A DNA stretch of 64,000 nt, taken from Squalus acanthias (Eukaryota). The notes under the pieces are model-generated. The model was given only the letters and a program-made list of their open reading frames with translations. It searched no databases and was not told where the DNA came from. Location: positions 7,254,001 through 7,318,000 of the forward strand of contig CM059453.1 in the NCBI GenBank assembly GCA_030390025.1, written 5' to 3'. Within the stretch, counting starts at the first letter, position 1. Each line of letters begins with the position of its first letter. Positions 13,701-26,375 of the stretch are shown here, in pieces. The position numbers and the translations under genes were made by a program.

Positions 13701-16617
13701 TGGCTGTAATGTTCAGTTAGAAAGAGAAACACTTAAGGTTGTTTTCAGATGTACAGACTGGCGGGTCAAAATTCAATCCTTCGTGGATTCTGGACAAAAA
13801 TTTCAAGGTTTGTACTTCTGAGGGGGAATAAGTGGACAAGACTTAAGGATAGGAGGGATATCTCAACAATGCAATAGTGACCAGATGATCTGTTTTAGGT
13901 GCTGGTTGATGCAAAATATGAACCAGGACACGGGACATTTGAAATAATACATTGGGATATTTTACATCCACCTGTGAGGGAAGACGGGTCATCGGTTTAA
14001 CGTCTCATCCATCAGATGTCATCTCCAGCATTGTAGCATTGCATCAGTACTGCAATGGAATGTCAGGCTACAGCTTGTGATTTAGTCTCTGAATTGGGGC
14101 TTGAAACCCTAACCGGGTCTTGCTTTCTTCTGATATCTTTGCACTTTCCCGCTGTTGTTAATGGGAACAAACGAGGATAGTTAACCTTTTCCTCTCCCTG
14201 AAGACCATCTGCAGCGCTCCTATCACGACGTTAAATGAGGTCAAATTAATTATAAGCAAGAGTTGAATTCACCCCTGTCCCTCAAATGGTAAATTAAGCG
14301 TTTCACGTGACACTGAGCAATTATTCTAAGAGTATCCTAGATTCTATCCCAAATGCAGATATGGAACATAATCTTGGACCCAGTTTTCTATGTTATGTCA
14401 AACCTAATGTTGAGTTGAAGCACTTGTGTTCAATAGAGTGGTGACTGAACTATAAGAAACAGGCCAGCAATGAATAATTCATGTGATACAGTGGATGATA
14501 ATTAGGTTCAGGAACACATACATCAACCGATTGATTCCGTAACCGTTAAGTAATAACTGACAATAGGCTCCTTCCCCTGCACAATAGAGTCATAACGGCA
14601 CAGAAGGAGGTCATTCGGCCCATCGAGTACTTGTCCGTCACCAGAGAACAATGGAAAAAAACAATCATTTTTATTCAAGATATTATCTGATACGTTGGGC
14701 TGAATCGCCTTGACTTTCACTCCATAATTTTATTATTTTGAAAGCCACTGTAACGTGAATTTCTTTCTCTCCTTACAGATAAGTCCTGGATATTAGTCTC
14801 TGGGGAACTGATTGCTGGACAACCAGCACATTTGACCTGCTCATTCACCACCAGTTGCCCGTCCGCCAAACCTGAACTGATGTGGATTCAGGACGAGAAT
14901 AAACGTCCTTCACTGCAAGAGAGTAAAACTTCAAGACACAGTGGAAAACTTTCGATGGTTCCTGGATGGTTTCATCAAGTTTCACCTTCACCCTATCAAT
15001 GGACCACAAAGGGAAAAGGATGGGATATAAGCTTGCGGTTGATGTAATCGTGGGTGCCGTTCAAGAAACACTTAGACTGGACTTTAAGTAACTACTGTAC
15101 GCTTCATTCTACCATCCTGTTTGTAAATATGATCCAAACTTATCTTTATTCTCAGTGGAGTGATAGCTGGCCTGGAAAATTGAAAATTTCAAAACTGCGA
15201 TGGATAGATTTTTTTTTAGTTAAGGGTATTAAGGGTTACAATAAAGCAAAGGCGGTTAGACGGAGTTAAGATATGGATTAACCATGATCAAATTGATCAG
15301 TGGAACAGACTCGAAGTGCTGAATGGCCTATGATTCTATAATCAATGAACCAAATTGACAATCTGAGATTTATTGTAATTTATATTTTTTAACATTGATA
15401 CAGACCCGTGGAGTAATATTGGTCGCTCCGTGGTTGTCATTTACGTCAAATATTATTCCAAAGGCTCCTAATTCCTGATATAGTTCCAGACAGAGAGTAC
15501 CTGAAACAGAAGGGTCTGTGTCGAGTTGGCGGGGGCGCTGGTCGGGTTACTAAAATTGGCCGCAACAGCTCTGTTTAAGGGATGGGAAAGCCCACTGTTC
15601 TTGCTCTCGGAGGAATGGCCGCTTGATTGACTTATCGGTGGAGCAGAACCACGTCCAGGCAGTCATTACAACTCTTTGAAGAGAAGAGGAGGAAAGGTTA
15701 AGATAAAGCATGGATCTAAATAAGATTGTCGGTGGAACATCAACAATCTCAAGCTGGCTTTTCAATTTACAGTTGACAATATAACCACCATATCTGCTTT
15801 AATATTCTTCGTTGGTTGTCAACCGGATTGTTATTTAAACCTCTGCTCCGTCATTTTCCTATAACACCAATGATCTTGCGTGTTTCAGATGCACTGTGGA
15901 AACCCAGCCTCAATTCCTCTATAGTAAAAGTGGAAGGAAGTTCATTATTATTATACTGAACGGCCCTGGGGAACCCAACGGTCAGTTTAACATTGCTCCG
16001 AGAAGGGACACAGATCAGCAGTTGAACTAAAGCAGAAATTTCACAGCATTAGTTCTGATGATGAGGGGGAGTACTGTTGCGTGGCTGAAAATACCCTGGG
16101 CACCGCAAACAGCTCCAATCAGATTTCTGTACAATGTAAGTGTTATGTGAACTTATTTAATTTATAAAGGGACATTAATGGTCGGTCTCAAATGTTGTTT
16201 GGTACCGCTCCTCTGAACGTTCGCGGCGCTATCTAAATCGGTCGGCTAAGTGATGAGGAGGGGCCAATACTCTTGGCGCGCCGGTACTGGGGCCAGCGGA
16301 ACCCCAAGATTTCCTTTTCGAGTAGAAGGAGCTGAATAGGACAATTAGAATGGTGGCAGTGATGAAATAAAGCGGGTTATTCTGGAATATTAAGCGCAGT
16401 CTCACCCGGTTCAGTAGCTCCACATCTAACGCACTACTTTCTGTTACAGAGACAAGACAAATATAGAAACAGTGATGTGAGTGGGGCTCCATCAAACCAG
16501 TCAGCTCAAAGTGAAGAGGTCCTGTATGCAGCTGTCAGTGTTTGAAACGTTCGAAAGCAGGAGCGATATCTCCAGCAAGAGGATTCCAGTGAATAAGCCG
16601 CAATTAAAAGCAAATGA
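10765..16617 (+). pseudogene. Siglec-like pseudogene B1 (inhibitory type)
   Basis: Putative leader 10765-10812 ends in TAG. V exon ~11517-11900 has its acceptor reading AC. C2 exon 14779-~15089 is frameshifted with Cys>Tyr. Ig3 exon 15889-16135 has TGA at the Cys codon (15957) plus a frameshift. ITIM exon 16450-16617 has two stops. Ig4, TM and tail-1 exons are absent. AATAAA at 16890. Confidence 0.85.
12060..13640 (-). mobile_element. 5'-truncated CR1 LINE fragment
   Basis: RT-like ORF pieces (GSPRGSILGSLLF..FAGDTKLG) and a (atagaatc)n tail at 12053-12082. Paralog at 58810-60048. Confidence 0.85.
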
Positions 16618-16939
16618 AAATCAGCGGCATTCACACTATTCTGACAGATGGAACTGGTCAATATCTTCACACAATTGTTTTTTATGATATCGAACAGAAA
16701 CTCGCACTCCGGGAAGTGCTGTGATAATGGAGATCACTCAGAGAGTAATAGCTAATATTTTAACATCTCTTTGTGAGACGATTTGATTTACAATCCGAAA
16801 GATTGTCCACTCCAAACATACTTCCGAAACGTTGCAGGAAGGGGGCGTGAATGTTCAATGTAATTTTAAACTTTTTTATCTGCTTTAATAATAAAATAAC
16901 TATTTCCCAGTTCGAACTTTTATTTCATTTCGGAACAAA

Positions 16940-17435
16940 AAGAACAGAAAGACTTGCATTTCTATAGCGCCATTTAGGACGTCACAATGTGCTTTACAGC
17001 CAATGAAGTACTTTTGAAATGTGGTCACTATTGTAATTTAGGAAACGTGGCAGCGAATTTGCGCACAGCAAGCTCCCAAAAACAGCAATTTGATAATGAC
17101 CAGATCATCTGTTTTTGTCATGTTGATTGAGGGATAAATATTGTTGCATGACACCAGGGCTAATTCCCCTGCTCTTCGTCGAAATAGTGGCAATGGGTTT
17201 TCTTACGTCCACCTGTGAGGGCAGACGGGGCCTTGCTTTAACGTCTCATCCGAAAGACGGCACCTCCGACAGTGCAGCACTCCCTCAGTACTGCCACGCC
17301 GACAGTGCAGCGCTCCCTCAGAACTGCCCCTCCCAAGGTGCAGCGCTCCCTCAGTACTACCCCTCCGACAGTGCAGCGCTCCCTCAGTACTGCACTGGAG
17401 TGTCGGTCTAGATTATTGTGATCATGTTTCTGGAG
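16940..17435 (-). mobile_element. SINE-like repeat with an internal ~30-bp tandem expansion
   Basis: cagtgcagcgctccctcagtactgc repeated 4-5 times at 17265-17400. Related copies near 13870-14110, 39420-39750 and 54320-54630. Confidence 0.6.
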
Positions 17436-18814
17436 GGGTCCCCTCCTTATTATGTTGTTAAATAGCCCTGTAGGATACCGTTGACTCTCTCTGTCGGTTG
17501 TGGGGTTAGATTTTCACACTCTCCCAGCCCAGTGTAATAAACCTTCACCTTCCTGTCAAATTCCATCAGTTTCCTTCACTACAGCAGCTAAACTTTCTAT
17601 TTATTTTGATTCCATCGGTATTCTTCTGAAAGGTTGGAATTATAAAGAGGCGTGTCTGCGATTAATTCAACTTGAGCTTCATGATTAGAATATTTTTCGA
17701 CACGCTACCTTGACATACGATGGCAAAGAATGTATTTCATTCTCATCCATGGCCGCACTGAGTTTGATTCGACTGAGTGGCATTCACCAGCTACAAGCAA
17801 GTGCAGAGATTCCAACTCTGTGTTCAAACGGCAAGCAGATAATATGCATGAAGTGAAGCAAAGAGTCACCTTGGTAAATCGCAACCCTTTACTATAATTC
17901 AACCTAATACACACAGGATGTATTGCTAATATGAACAGGCATTCCAACAGGAACTTTACAAGCTTCACTACGTTTTCCGGTTAAGATTCCACTCAGCTAG
18001 CTGAAGCTTCCTGTGCTTTCTCTGCAAAGTAGTTGAAATGGCCTTTGGCGCTGTTCCTTCCATCGTCAGGATGTGCGCAAAGCGAACAGATCACAGCACA
18101 CGCCATCTAACGGACAAAGGAAGCAAGTGCATCACATCAAGCAGAGCACATTCTCCAGCCACATCTGCTTCGGTCAACGCACCTGTACATACGTAAACAG
18201 TCTATGTTGGGGAGGGTGAGGTAAACTAGCAGTTTGTCTGCGCAAGATGCGAAATTTCTGCCCCTGTTGGACTCAGATGTGTCTGATGATTCAGTGACAG
18301 ATCGCCTATGTAATGCTGTCGGCCTACCACTGTGTGGCGATGTTGGCTTGCGAAGCCTTCATTCACACAGAACATGGAACAAGCAAAAGCCCGGGCAGCA
18401 GGAGGAATCAGAGCAATTACAACAAACTGCAATTTAAATTGCGATTGTAGAATGTCCAACAGTCTGAAAAACCAAGAACCAGTACAGCAATTAGTCTGTC
18501 CGCTGTCTAGCTCAACTGGGCTAGTGACTTAAAGTTCAGTCAGGGCTCCCGCTCCTGTTAAAAATCCCGCCGATAATCGCTTTGAATCTTGCAATCTTAG
18601 ATCTGATTATTTGAGAGCTACCGGCGGGAATCACATTTCAACAAGATGTTCAGAAGGGGGCATCATTGGAAAATTGGCCGTGGAAAAATGCAGGGACATT
18701 TTCAAAATAACTCTCGGCGGTGAGTGTCGCTGGCAAATCCGGCATTTATTGCAAATCCCTAGTTTCCCTTGGGAAGTGGGTGCTGAGGCGCCTTCTTGAA
18801 CAGGTTCAATATTT

Positions 18815-19200
18815 TTGTTTATTCATTCACGGAATGTGGGCGTCGCTGTCAAGGCCAGCATTTATTGTCTATCCCTAATTGCCCTTAACTGTGTGGCTTA
18901 GTCCGCCATTTCAGAGGGCAGTTAAGAGTTAACGACATTGCTGTGGTTCGGGAGTCACATGTAGTCCAGACCTGGTAAGGACGGCAGATTTCCTTCCCTG
19001 AAGGACACTTGGGAACCAATTGGGTTTTTCCGACAACCGGTAGTTTCATGGTCAGCATTACTGTTACTAGCTTTCTATTCCAGAATTATTTAATGAACTG
19101 AATTTAAATTCCCCGGCTGCCGTGGTGGATTTGAACTCATGTCTCCGGATCATTAGTCCAGGCCTCTGGTTTACTACTGCACTAACACAACCGCTATGCG
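18815..19200 (-). mobile_element. SINE-like interspersed repeat (related copy at 53765-54165)
   Basis: Shared core aggacggcagatttccttccc..ggacac/atc..gaacca in both copies. Confidence 0.6.
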
Positions 19201-19739
19201 GACCTGCAAATTGCCCTAAAAATGTTTACGAATCATCCTTACAGTGAAAGCGATTTAATAATTCGGTTGGCTCTCCTGTTTAATAGTCTATTAGTACATA
19301 GAATAATATAGTTGGAAGTAGCTCAGAGTGATTCAATAACAAGCATTAGTCAACACAAAGGAAGTAGCTTCTAATTCTTTGTGTTCACAGGCCGCAACAT
19401 GGGTCTGCACTGCACCGATTGGTCACAAACTTCCATCAGTGTACAGCGTGTTTAACATGTCTAATCCGATGAGAAGGCTGTGAAGTTTCCGTCAGAGTTC
19501 CCTTACATTGTGTCGATCGCTTGGACACTCGGTAATGTAACATCTTTCAGACCAGAGTGCAAGGTTTCCCGTTCCTCCCCTTTCCTTCGTTCGCGGACGC
19601 CTCCTCCTTATGTAATAAATCAGCTCTCGGTTACCCGGGGTATGGAAGTGAGTTGCATCGCACAATTGCTCTCAATGGCTTTTACCGATGCAGTTGAGCA
19701 ATGCAATTCCGAAAGTAATCAAGTCGCTCGTAAAAACCA

Positions 19740-20100
19740 AGAAAGAAACGTAGAGATTTAGGAGCTGAAGTATGCGATTTGGCCCTTCGAGCCTGCTCCG
19801 CCATTTAATATGATCATGCCTGATCCTATATCTCAATACCATATTGCCGCTCTTTCCCCATGCCCCTTGACCTCTTTTGTGTCTGGAAATATATCCATCT
19901 CCTTCTTAAATATATTCAGTGACTTGGCCTCCACAGCCTCCTGTGGTAGAGAATTCCACAGGTTCACTACCCTCTAAGTGAAGAAATTATCCCTCATCTC
20001 AGTCCCAAATGTACTACCCCGTATCCTGAGACAATGACCCCTCGGTCTAGAGCCGGGAAACCTCCTCCCTGCATCCAGTCTGTCTATCCCTGTCAGAATG
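19740..20100 (-). mobile_element. CR1 3' fragment
   Basis: Reverse complement of the CR1 3' end seen at 24800-25050. Confidence 0.75.
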
Positions 20101-20559
20101 TTATCTTGGCTGAGGGAATCCAAATGGACTCAGAGCCCTGGGTTAGAGAGGGGTATTTCTTCCATAGTATTTATCGCTCTTCAGTGAACCCTGCTGCAAG
20201 TAGCCTTTTCGATATCCAGTGAGGACAGTAGCAGACTCCGACGTATTGGGCAGGAGGAGAAACATCATGGTGAAGCAATGCATCTGCAAAAAAGCAGCTT
20301 AAGCGAGAGATTGGAGAAATCGAACTCCAGCAAGCATTCAAGTTGGAAGTGGAGAATATGGGGGAAAATACTGCAAGCAAGAACAACGAGCGTTTCCAAT
20401 GTCTTGATTATAAAAACTTGTCGTATCTCTTCGTTGTAATAATTTGTTCGTTTAGACAAATAAACTGAAATTTTGACATTCAGAGAAACGTCCTCTCTAA
20501 GTTCTGGTCCTTTTCATGTAAATTTAATAGCTGCATATTCGCAAGTCATTTTGCAACAG

Positions 20560-20800
20560 AAAGAACACGTGCTGCATATAAAAGAGGACACGTGGTACAG
20601 ATACCGAAATAACACGTGATACAGATAGACGAAGAAAACGTGGTAGAGATACGACAACAACACGTGGTACCGATCCAATAAGAACACGTGGTAGACATAA
20701 GCAAAGAACACGTGGTACAGATACACCAAGAACACGTTGTACCGATACACAAAGAAAACGTGGTACCTATCCAATAAGAACACGTGGTAGATATAGACAA
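20560..20800. repeat. 24-bp minisatellite (aagaacacgtggtacagatacacc), left part
   Basis: About 10 degenerate units. Confidence 0.9.
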
Positions 20801-20804
20801 AAAG

Positions 20805-23800
20805 GCCTGTGTCGGGAGCGGAGAGAGCAGCAGCACAGTGAGTAGTTAAACTCACTTTCGTGGGCGTTTTGCTGTGGCCAGTGTCGGGAGCGGAGAGAGC
20901 AGCAGCACAGTGAGTAGGTAAACTCACTTTCGTGGGCTTTTTTCAGAGTCCAGTGTCGGGAAAGGGTCCTTGAGTGTATCATTTAATTGAAGTGAAATTG
21001 GTGGGATTCATTTAATTTAATGTTAATTTATTAATTAAAGGGTAAATCGTGGCAGGAGAGCTCCGCCCCGTGATATGCTCCTCATGCTATATGCCGGAAA
21101 TCAGGGACGCTTCCTGTGTCCCTGACGAGCATGTGTGTGGGAAGTGTACAGGTGCAGCTACTGATAGACCGCATTGCGGCACTGGAGCTGCGGATGGATG
21201 CATATTGGAGCATTCGCGACGCTGAGAACGTCATGGAGAGCACGTTTAGCAAGTTGGTCACACAGCAGGTAAAGGGTGTACAGGCAGGAAGTGAATGGGT
21301 GACCACCGGACAGATTTAAGAGGTGCAGGCAGGTAGTGCAAGGGTCCCGTGGCCATCCCCCTCTCAAAGAGGTATACCACTTTGGATACTGTTGGGGGGG
21401 GGTGACTTATCAGGGGAAGGCAGCAGCAGCCAACTTCCTGGCACCATGGGTGGCTCTGCTGCACAGGCTGGGAGGAAAACGTGTGGAAGAGCTGTAGTGA
21501 TAGGGGGCTCAATTGTAAGGTTAATAGATAGGCGTTTCTGCGGCCGCAAATGAGACTCCAGGATGGTGTGTTGCCTCCCTGGTGCAAGGGTCAAGGACGT
21601 CTCAGAGCGGCTACAGAACATTTTGGAGTGGGAGGGCGAACAGCCAGTTGGCGTGGTGCACATAGGCATCAACGATATAGGTAAAAAACGGGAGGGTCCT
21701 GAAAGCAGAATATAGGGAATTAGGAGGTAAACTAAAAAATAGGACCTCAAAGGTAGTAATCTCAGGATTGCTACCAGTGCCACGTGCTAGTCAGAGTAGA
21801 AATAGGATGATATTTCAAGTGAATATGTAGCTAGAGGAATGGTGCAAGGGGGAGGGATTCAAATTTCTTGGAAATTGGAACCAGTTCTGGGGGAGGTGGG
21901 ACCAGTACAAACGGGACGGTCTGCACGTGGGCAGGGCCGGGACCGATGTCCTAGGGGAATATTTGCTAGTGCTGTTGGGGAGGGTTTAAACTAAAGTGGC
22001 AGCGCGTTGGGAACCTGAGCAGGGAGACAGAGGAAAGGGAATCAAGGATAAAAGCAAAAGACAGGAAGGAGAAAAACAAAAGTAGAAGGCAAATAACTCA
22101 ACGGTTTAAATCAAACATGGTCATGGTAAATAATAATTCACATAGGTCTGAAAGCGTTAAAAAAGCAAGCCTGAAGTTTTTGTGTCTTAATGCAAGGAGC
22201 ATTCGGAACAAGGTGGATGAATTAGCTGCGCAAATAGAGGGAAATGAATACGATTTGATAGGGATTACATAAACATGGCTCCAGGGTGGACAAGGCTGGG
22301 AACTCAACATCCAGGGGTATTCAATATTTAGGAAAGATAGGCAAAAAAGAAAGGGAGGTGGGGTAGCATTGCTGGTTAAATAGGGCATTAACGCAATTGA
22401 AAGGAAGGATATTAGCTCTGATGATGCAGAATCTGTATGGGTAGAACTGAAAAATAACAAGGGGCAGAAAACGTTAGTGGGAGTGGTATGTAGACCTCCA
22501 AACAGGAATACGGTGGTTGGGGACGGCATTAAAAGGGAAATTAGTGAAGCATGCAGTAAGGGCACAGCAGTCATCATGGGTGACTGTTATTTACATGTAG
22601 ATTGAGCTAACTAAATCAGTAAAAATACTGTGGAGGAGGAATTACTAGAATGTTTACGGGATGGTTTTCTTGAACAATATGTCGAGGAACCAACCAGAGA
22701 TCAGGCCATCTTAGACTGGGTATTATGTAACGAGAAAGGATTAATTAGCAATCTTGTTGTACGAGGACCCTTAGATCAGAGTGATCATAATATGATATAA
22801 TTCTTCATGAGGATGGAGAGTGAAGTAGTTGAATCAGAGACCATGTTCCTGAATTTAAATAAAGGAAACTACGATGGTATGAGGTGCGAATTGGGTAGGA
22901 TTGATTGGGGAATGCCACTCAAAGGGTTGACAGTGGATAGGCAATGGCAAACATTCAAAGGCTGCATGGATGAACTACATAATTTGTTCATCCCAGTGTG
23001 GCATAAGAATAAAAGAAAAAGGGTGACACAACCGTGGCTAACAAGGGACATTAGGGATAGCATAAGATCCAAAGAGAGGGCATGTAAATTGGCCAGAAAA
23101 AGCGGTATACCTGAGGATTGGGAGCAGTTTCGGATTCAACAAAGGAGGACAAAGGGATTAATTAAGAAGGGGAAAATAGAATTTTAAAGTAAGCTTACAC
23201 GGAACATAAAAACTGACTGTAAGAGCTTTTATAGATATGTGAAGAGAAAAGGATTAGTGAAATCAAGTGTAGGTCCCCTGCAATCAGAAGAGGGGGAAGT
23301 TATAATGGAGAACAAAGAAATGGCAGGGCAATTAAATGCATATTTTGGTTCTGTCTTCACAAAGGAGGACACAAATAATGTACCAGAGATGTTGGAGAAC
23401 ATAGGGTCTGATGAAAGGGAGGAACTGAAAGAAATCAGTATTTGCAGGGAAATGGTGTTAGGGAAATTGACGGGATTGAAAGCCGATAAATCCCCAGGGC
23501 TTGATAATCCACATCCTAGGGTACTTAAGGAAGTGGCCCTAGAAATAATAGATACTTGCTGATCACCTTCCAACATTCGATGGAATCTGGAACTGTACCC
23601 ATGGATTGGAGGTTAGCAAATGTTACCCCAATATTCAAAAAGGGTGGGAGAGAGAAAGCGGGGAATTGCAGACCGGTAAGGCTAACAACGATAGTGGGGA
23701 AAATGCTAGAGTCCATTATAAAGGATGTAAAAGCTGAGCACTTCAAAAAGAGAGACAGGATCGGACAAAGTCAACATGGATTTACAAAAGATAAATCGTG

Positions 23801-25072
23801 CTTGACTAATCTACTGGATTTTTTTGAGGATTTAACTGGGAAAATAGATAAGGGAGAACCAGTAGATGTGTTGTATTTGGACTTTCAAAAGGCTTTCGAT
23901 AAGGTCCCGCAGAAGAGATTAGCGTGTAAAGATAAGGCACATGGGATTGGGGGCAATGTATTGATTTGGATACAGCACTGATTGGCGGACAGAAAGCAGA
24001 GAGTATGAATTAATGGGTCTTTTTCCGAGTGGCAGGCAGTGACTAGTGGGGTACCGCAGGGATTGGTCCTTGGACCCCAGCTATTTACAATATATATTAA
24101 TGATCTAGATAAGTGAACTAAAAGTAATATCTCCAAGTTTGCAGATGACACAAAGCTGGGTGGACGTGTGTGCGGCGAGGAGGATACCGAGAAACTCCAG
24201 GATGATTTGGACAGGTTGGGTGAGTGGGCAGAAGCGTGGTAGATGCAATATAACGTGGATAAATGCGAGGTTATCCACTTTGGTGTCAAAAACAGAAAGG
24301 CAGACTATTATCTGAATGGCAACAGATTGGGAGAAGGGGAAGTGCATCGAGACCTGGGTGTCCTTGTGCACCAGTCGCTGAAGGTAAGCATGCACGTGCA
24401 GCAGGGGGTGAAGAAGGCAAATGGTATGTTGGCCTTCATATGAAAGGGTTTGAGTACAGGGGCAAGGATGTCCTGCTGCAGTTGTATAGGGCCTTAGTGA
24501 GACCACACCTTGAGTACTGTGTGCAGTTTTGGTCGCCTTATCTGAGGAAGGATGTTCTTGCCATGGAAGGAGTTCAGCGAAGATTCACAAGGCTGATACC
24601 TGGGATGGCAGGAATGACATATGAGGAGAGATTGGGTCGATTGGCCTTATACTCGCTGGAGTATAGAAGAATGAGAGGGGATCTCATCGAAACATATAAA
24701 ACTCTGACAGGTCTTGACAAACTAGATGCAGGAAGAATGTTCCCGATGGTCGGAGAGTCCAGAACCAGGGGTCATAATCTAAGGATAACGGGTAAGCCAT
24801 TTAGGAGAGAAACGAGGAAGAATTTCTTCACCCAGAGAGTGCTGACCTGTGGAATTCTCTACCACAGAAGGTAGTTGAGGCGAAGTCATTAAATATATTC
24901 AAGGATGAGTTAGATATATTTCTTAAAGCAAAAGGAATCAAGGGATATGGGGAGAAAGCAGGTACAGGGTACTGAATTTGGATGATCAGCCATGATCTCA
25001 TCGAACGGCGGAGCAGGCTCGAGGGGCCGAATGGCCTACTCCTGCTCCTATCTTCTATGAATCTATGAATCT
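20805..25072 (+). mobile_element. Near-full-length CR1-clade LINE, degenerate
   Basis: Duplicated ~73-bp 5' motif. ORF1 remnants (zinc finger plus esterase), APE endonuclease and RT remnants (YLDFQKAFDKVP, GVPQG, FADD) with many stops. 3' (tctatgaa)n tail. Confidence 0.92.
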
Positions 25073-25074
25073 AA

Positions 25075-25410
25075 AAAAAGATGGTACAGATACAGCAAGA
25101 ACACGTGGTACCGATCCAATAAGAACACGTGGTAGAGATAAACAAAGAACACGTGGTACAGATACACCAAGAACACGTGGTACAGATACACCAAGGACAC
25201 GTGGTACAGATACAGAAATAACACGTGATACAGATACACCAAGAACACGTGGTTCGGATCCAATAAGAACAGGTGGTTCAGATACACAAAGAGCACGTGG
25301 TACAGATACACCAAGGACACGAGTTACAGATCGAATAAGAACACGTGGTACAGATAAACAAAGAACACGTGATAGAGATGCACAAAGAACACGTGGTACA
25401 AAGATACCAA
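25075..25410. repeat. 24-bp minisatellite, right part
   Basis: About 14 units of the same motif, separated from the left part by the LINE. Confidence 0.9.
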
Positions 25411-26136
25411 AAACGTTTTCTGCTTCGATTTAAACAGAATCAGTGTTGGGAAACACAACACACGGGGATAGAGAGACTCACTCTGGTCTCTCTTACCTTT
25501 GGTTTCTGTTTGTTAGCGACATGTAAATACAGTTATTATGGCGTGTTCGGATGGCTGTGCAGTATCTTTCTACGGCCAGTAGGTATCGGGGTGGGTCCAC
25601 TGTATTGAATCCCGTGACACACTCTCAGTGCACGGGAGATCTAATGCTATTTACAACTAACTGACTGTTCTTGTCAGTTCCCAATGTATCCTTCCGTTTC
25701 AGAACACGTTGGAGTAGTTTTTGTCTTGGACGGAATCTCAAAGACGGAACGGCCGCCTCTCATACGCCCCACTTACTATTTAATTCCCTGCGATGCGATA
25801 AAGCCAGTTTTACGCTACCGCCTGCGTTTAATTTCTAATCTGGCTAGCGCAGGGTTATAGTACTTTCAATTGTTCTCTTCGATCCAGTGGACATTGTCAC
25901 CTCAAGCGCACTGACTGCCAGTGAGCTCCGTACTCACAGTTGTTCCTGATCCTGGATTTACCCAGCCAAGATACGGGCACAGTGAACAGGTGGGAAGGGG
26001 TCACACGGCAGTGATCAGGAATTGGATCACTGGCTGTTTCATTCCATTCAAAGTCGATGTCATTCATAGTGCGGCTACTGCCAGCCTGGCACAGACCTGC
26101 GATTGAAGCATGGTAGCAGATTATAATTGGCGCAGA

Positions 26137-26301
26137 ATATAATCTATTTGATTTCCAGCTCTTCCCAGTTCTGATGAAAGGTCATCGACCTGAAACGTCA
26201 ACTCTCTTTCTCTCTCCACGGATGCTGCCTGGCCTGCTGAGTTTTTCCAGCGTTTTCTGTTGTTATTTCGGATTTCCAGCATCTGCAGTATTTTGCTATC
26301 G
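26137..26301. mobile_element. Short Penelope-like/SINE insertion with a 15-bp TSD
   Basis: tataattggcgcaga at 26122-26136 and 26302-26316 flanks tctgatgaaaggtcatcgacctgaaacg... Confidence 0.6.
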
Positions 26302-26375
26302 TATAATTGGCGCAGACTTCACTCTCAAACCGCATGTGTTAGCGCTGATATAAACCAGCGAGGCAATTAGGATAT

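Larger units (their letters stand above)
17749..20302 (+). pseudogene. Candidate decayed TGF-beta-superfamily-like (cystine-knot) gene, 4 exons
   Basis: TATAAA at 17641. Exons 17749-17873, 18070-18220, 19391-19479 and 20185-20302 have GT/AG sites. Motifs VNAPVH[fs]YVNSLCWGG* and EPCC..NIMVKQCIC. AATAAA at 20459. Several stops and frameshifts. Confidence 0.4.

Noticed and set aside
25063-25433. Repetitive ORFs (TRGTDTPR / FLVYLYHV)n
   Set aside because: By-products of the 24-bp minisatellite.
25496-25640. Minus-strand segment H*ECVTGFNTVDPPRYLLAVE.. vaguely like a CXC chemokine exon
   Set aside because: Stop at a required Cys, poor spacing and phase, and no partner exons identified.
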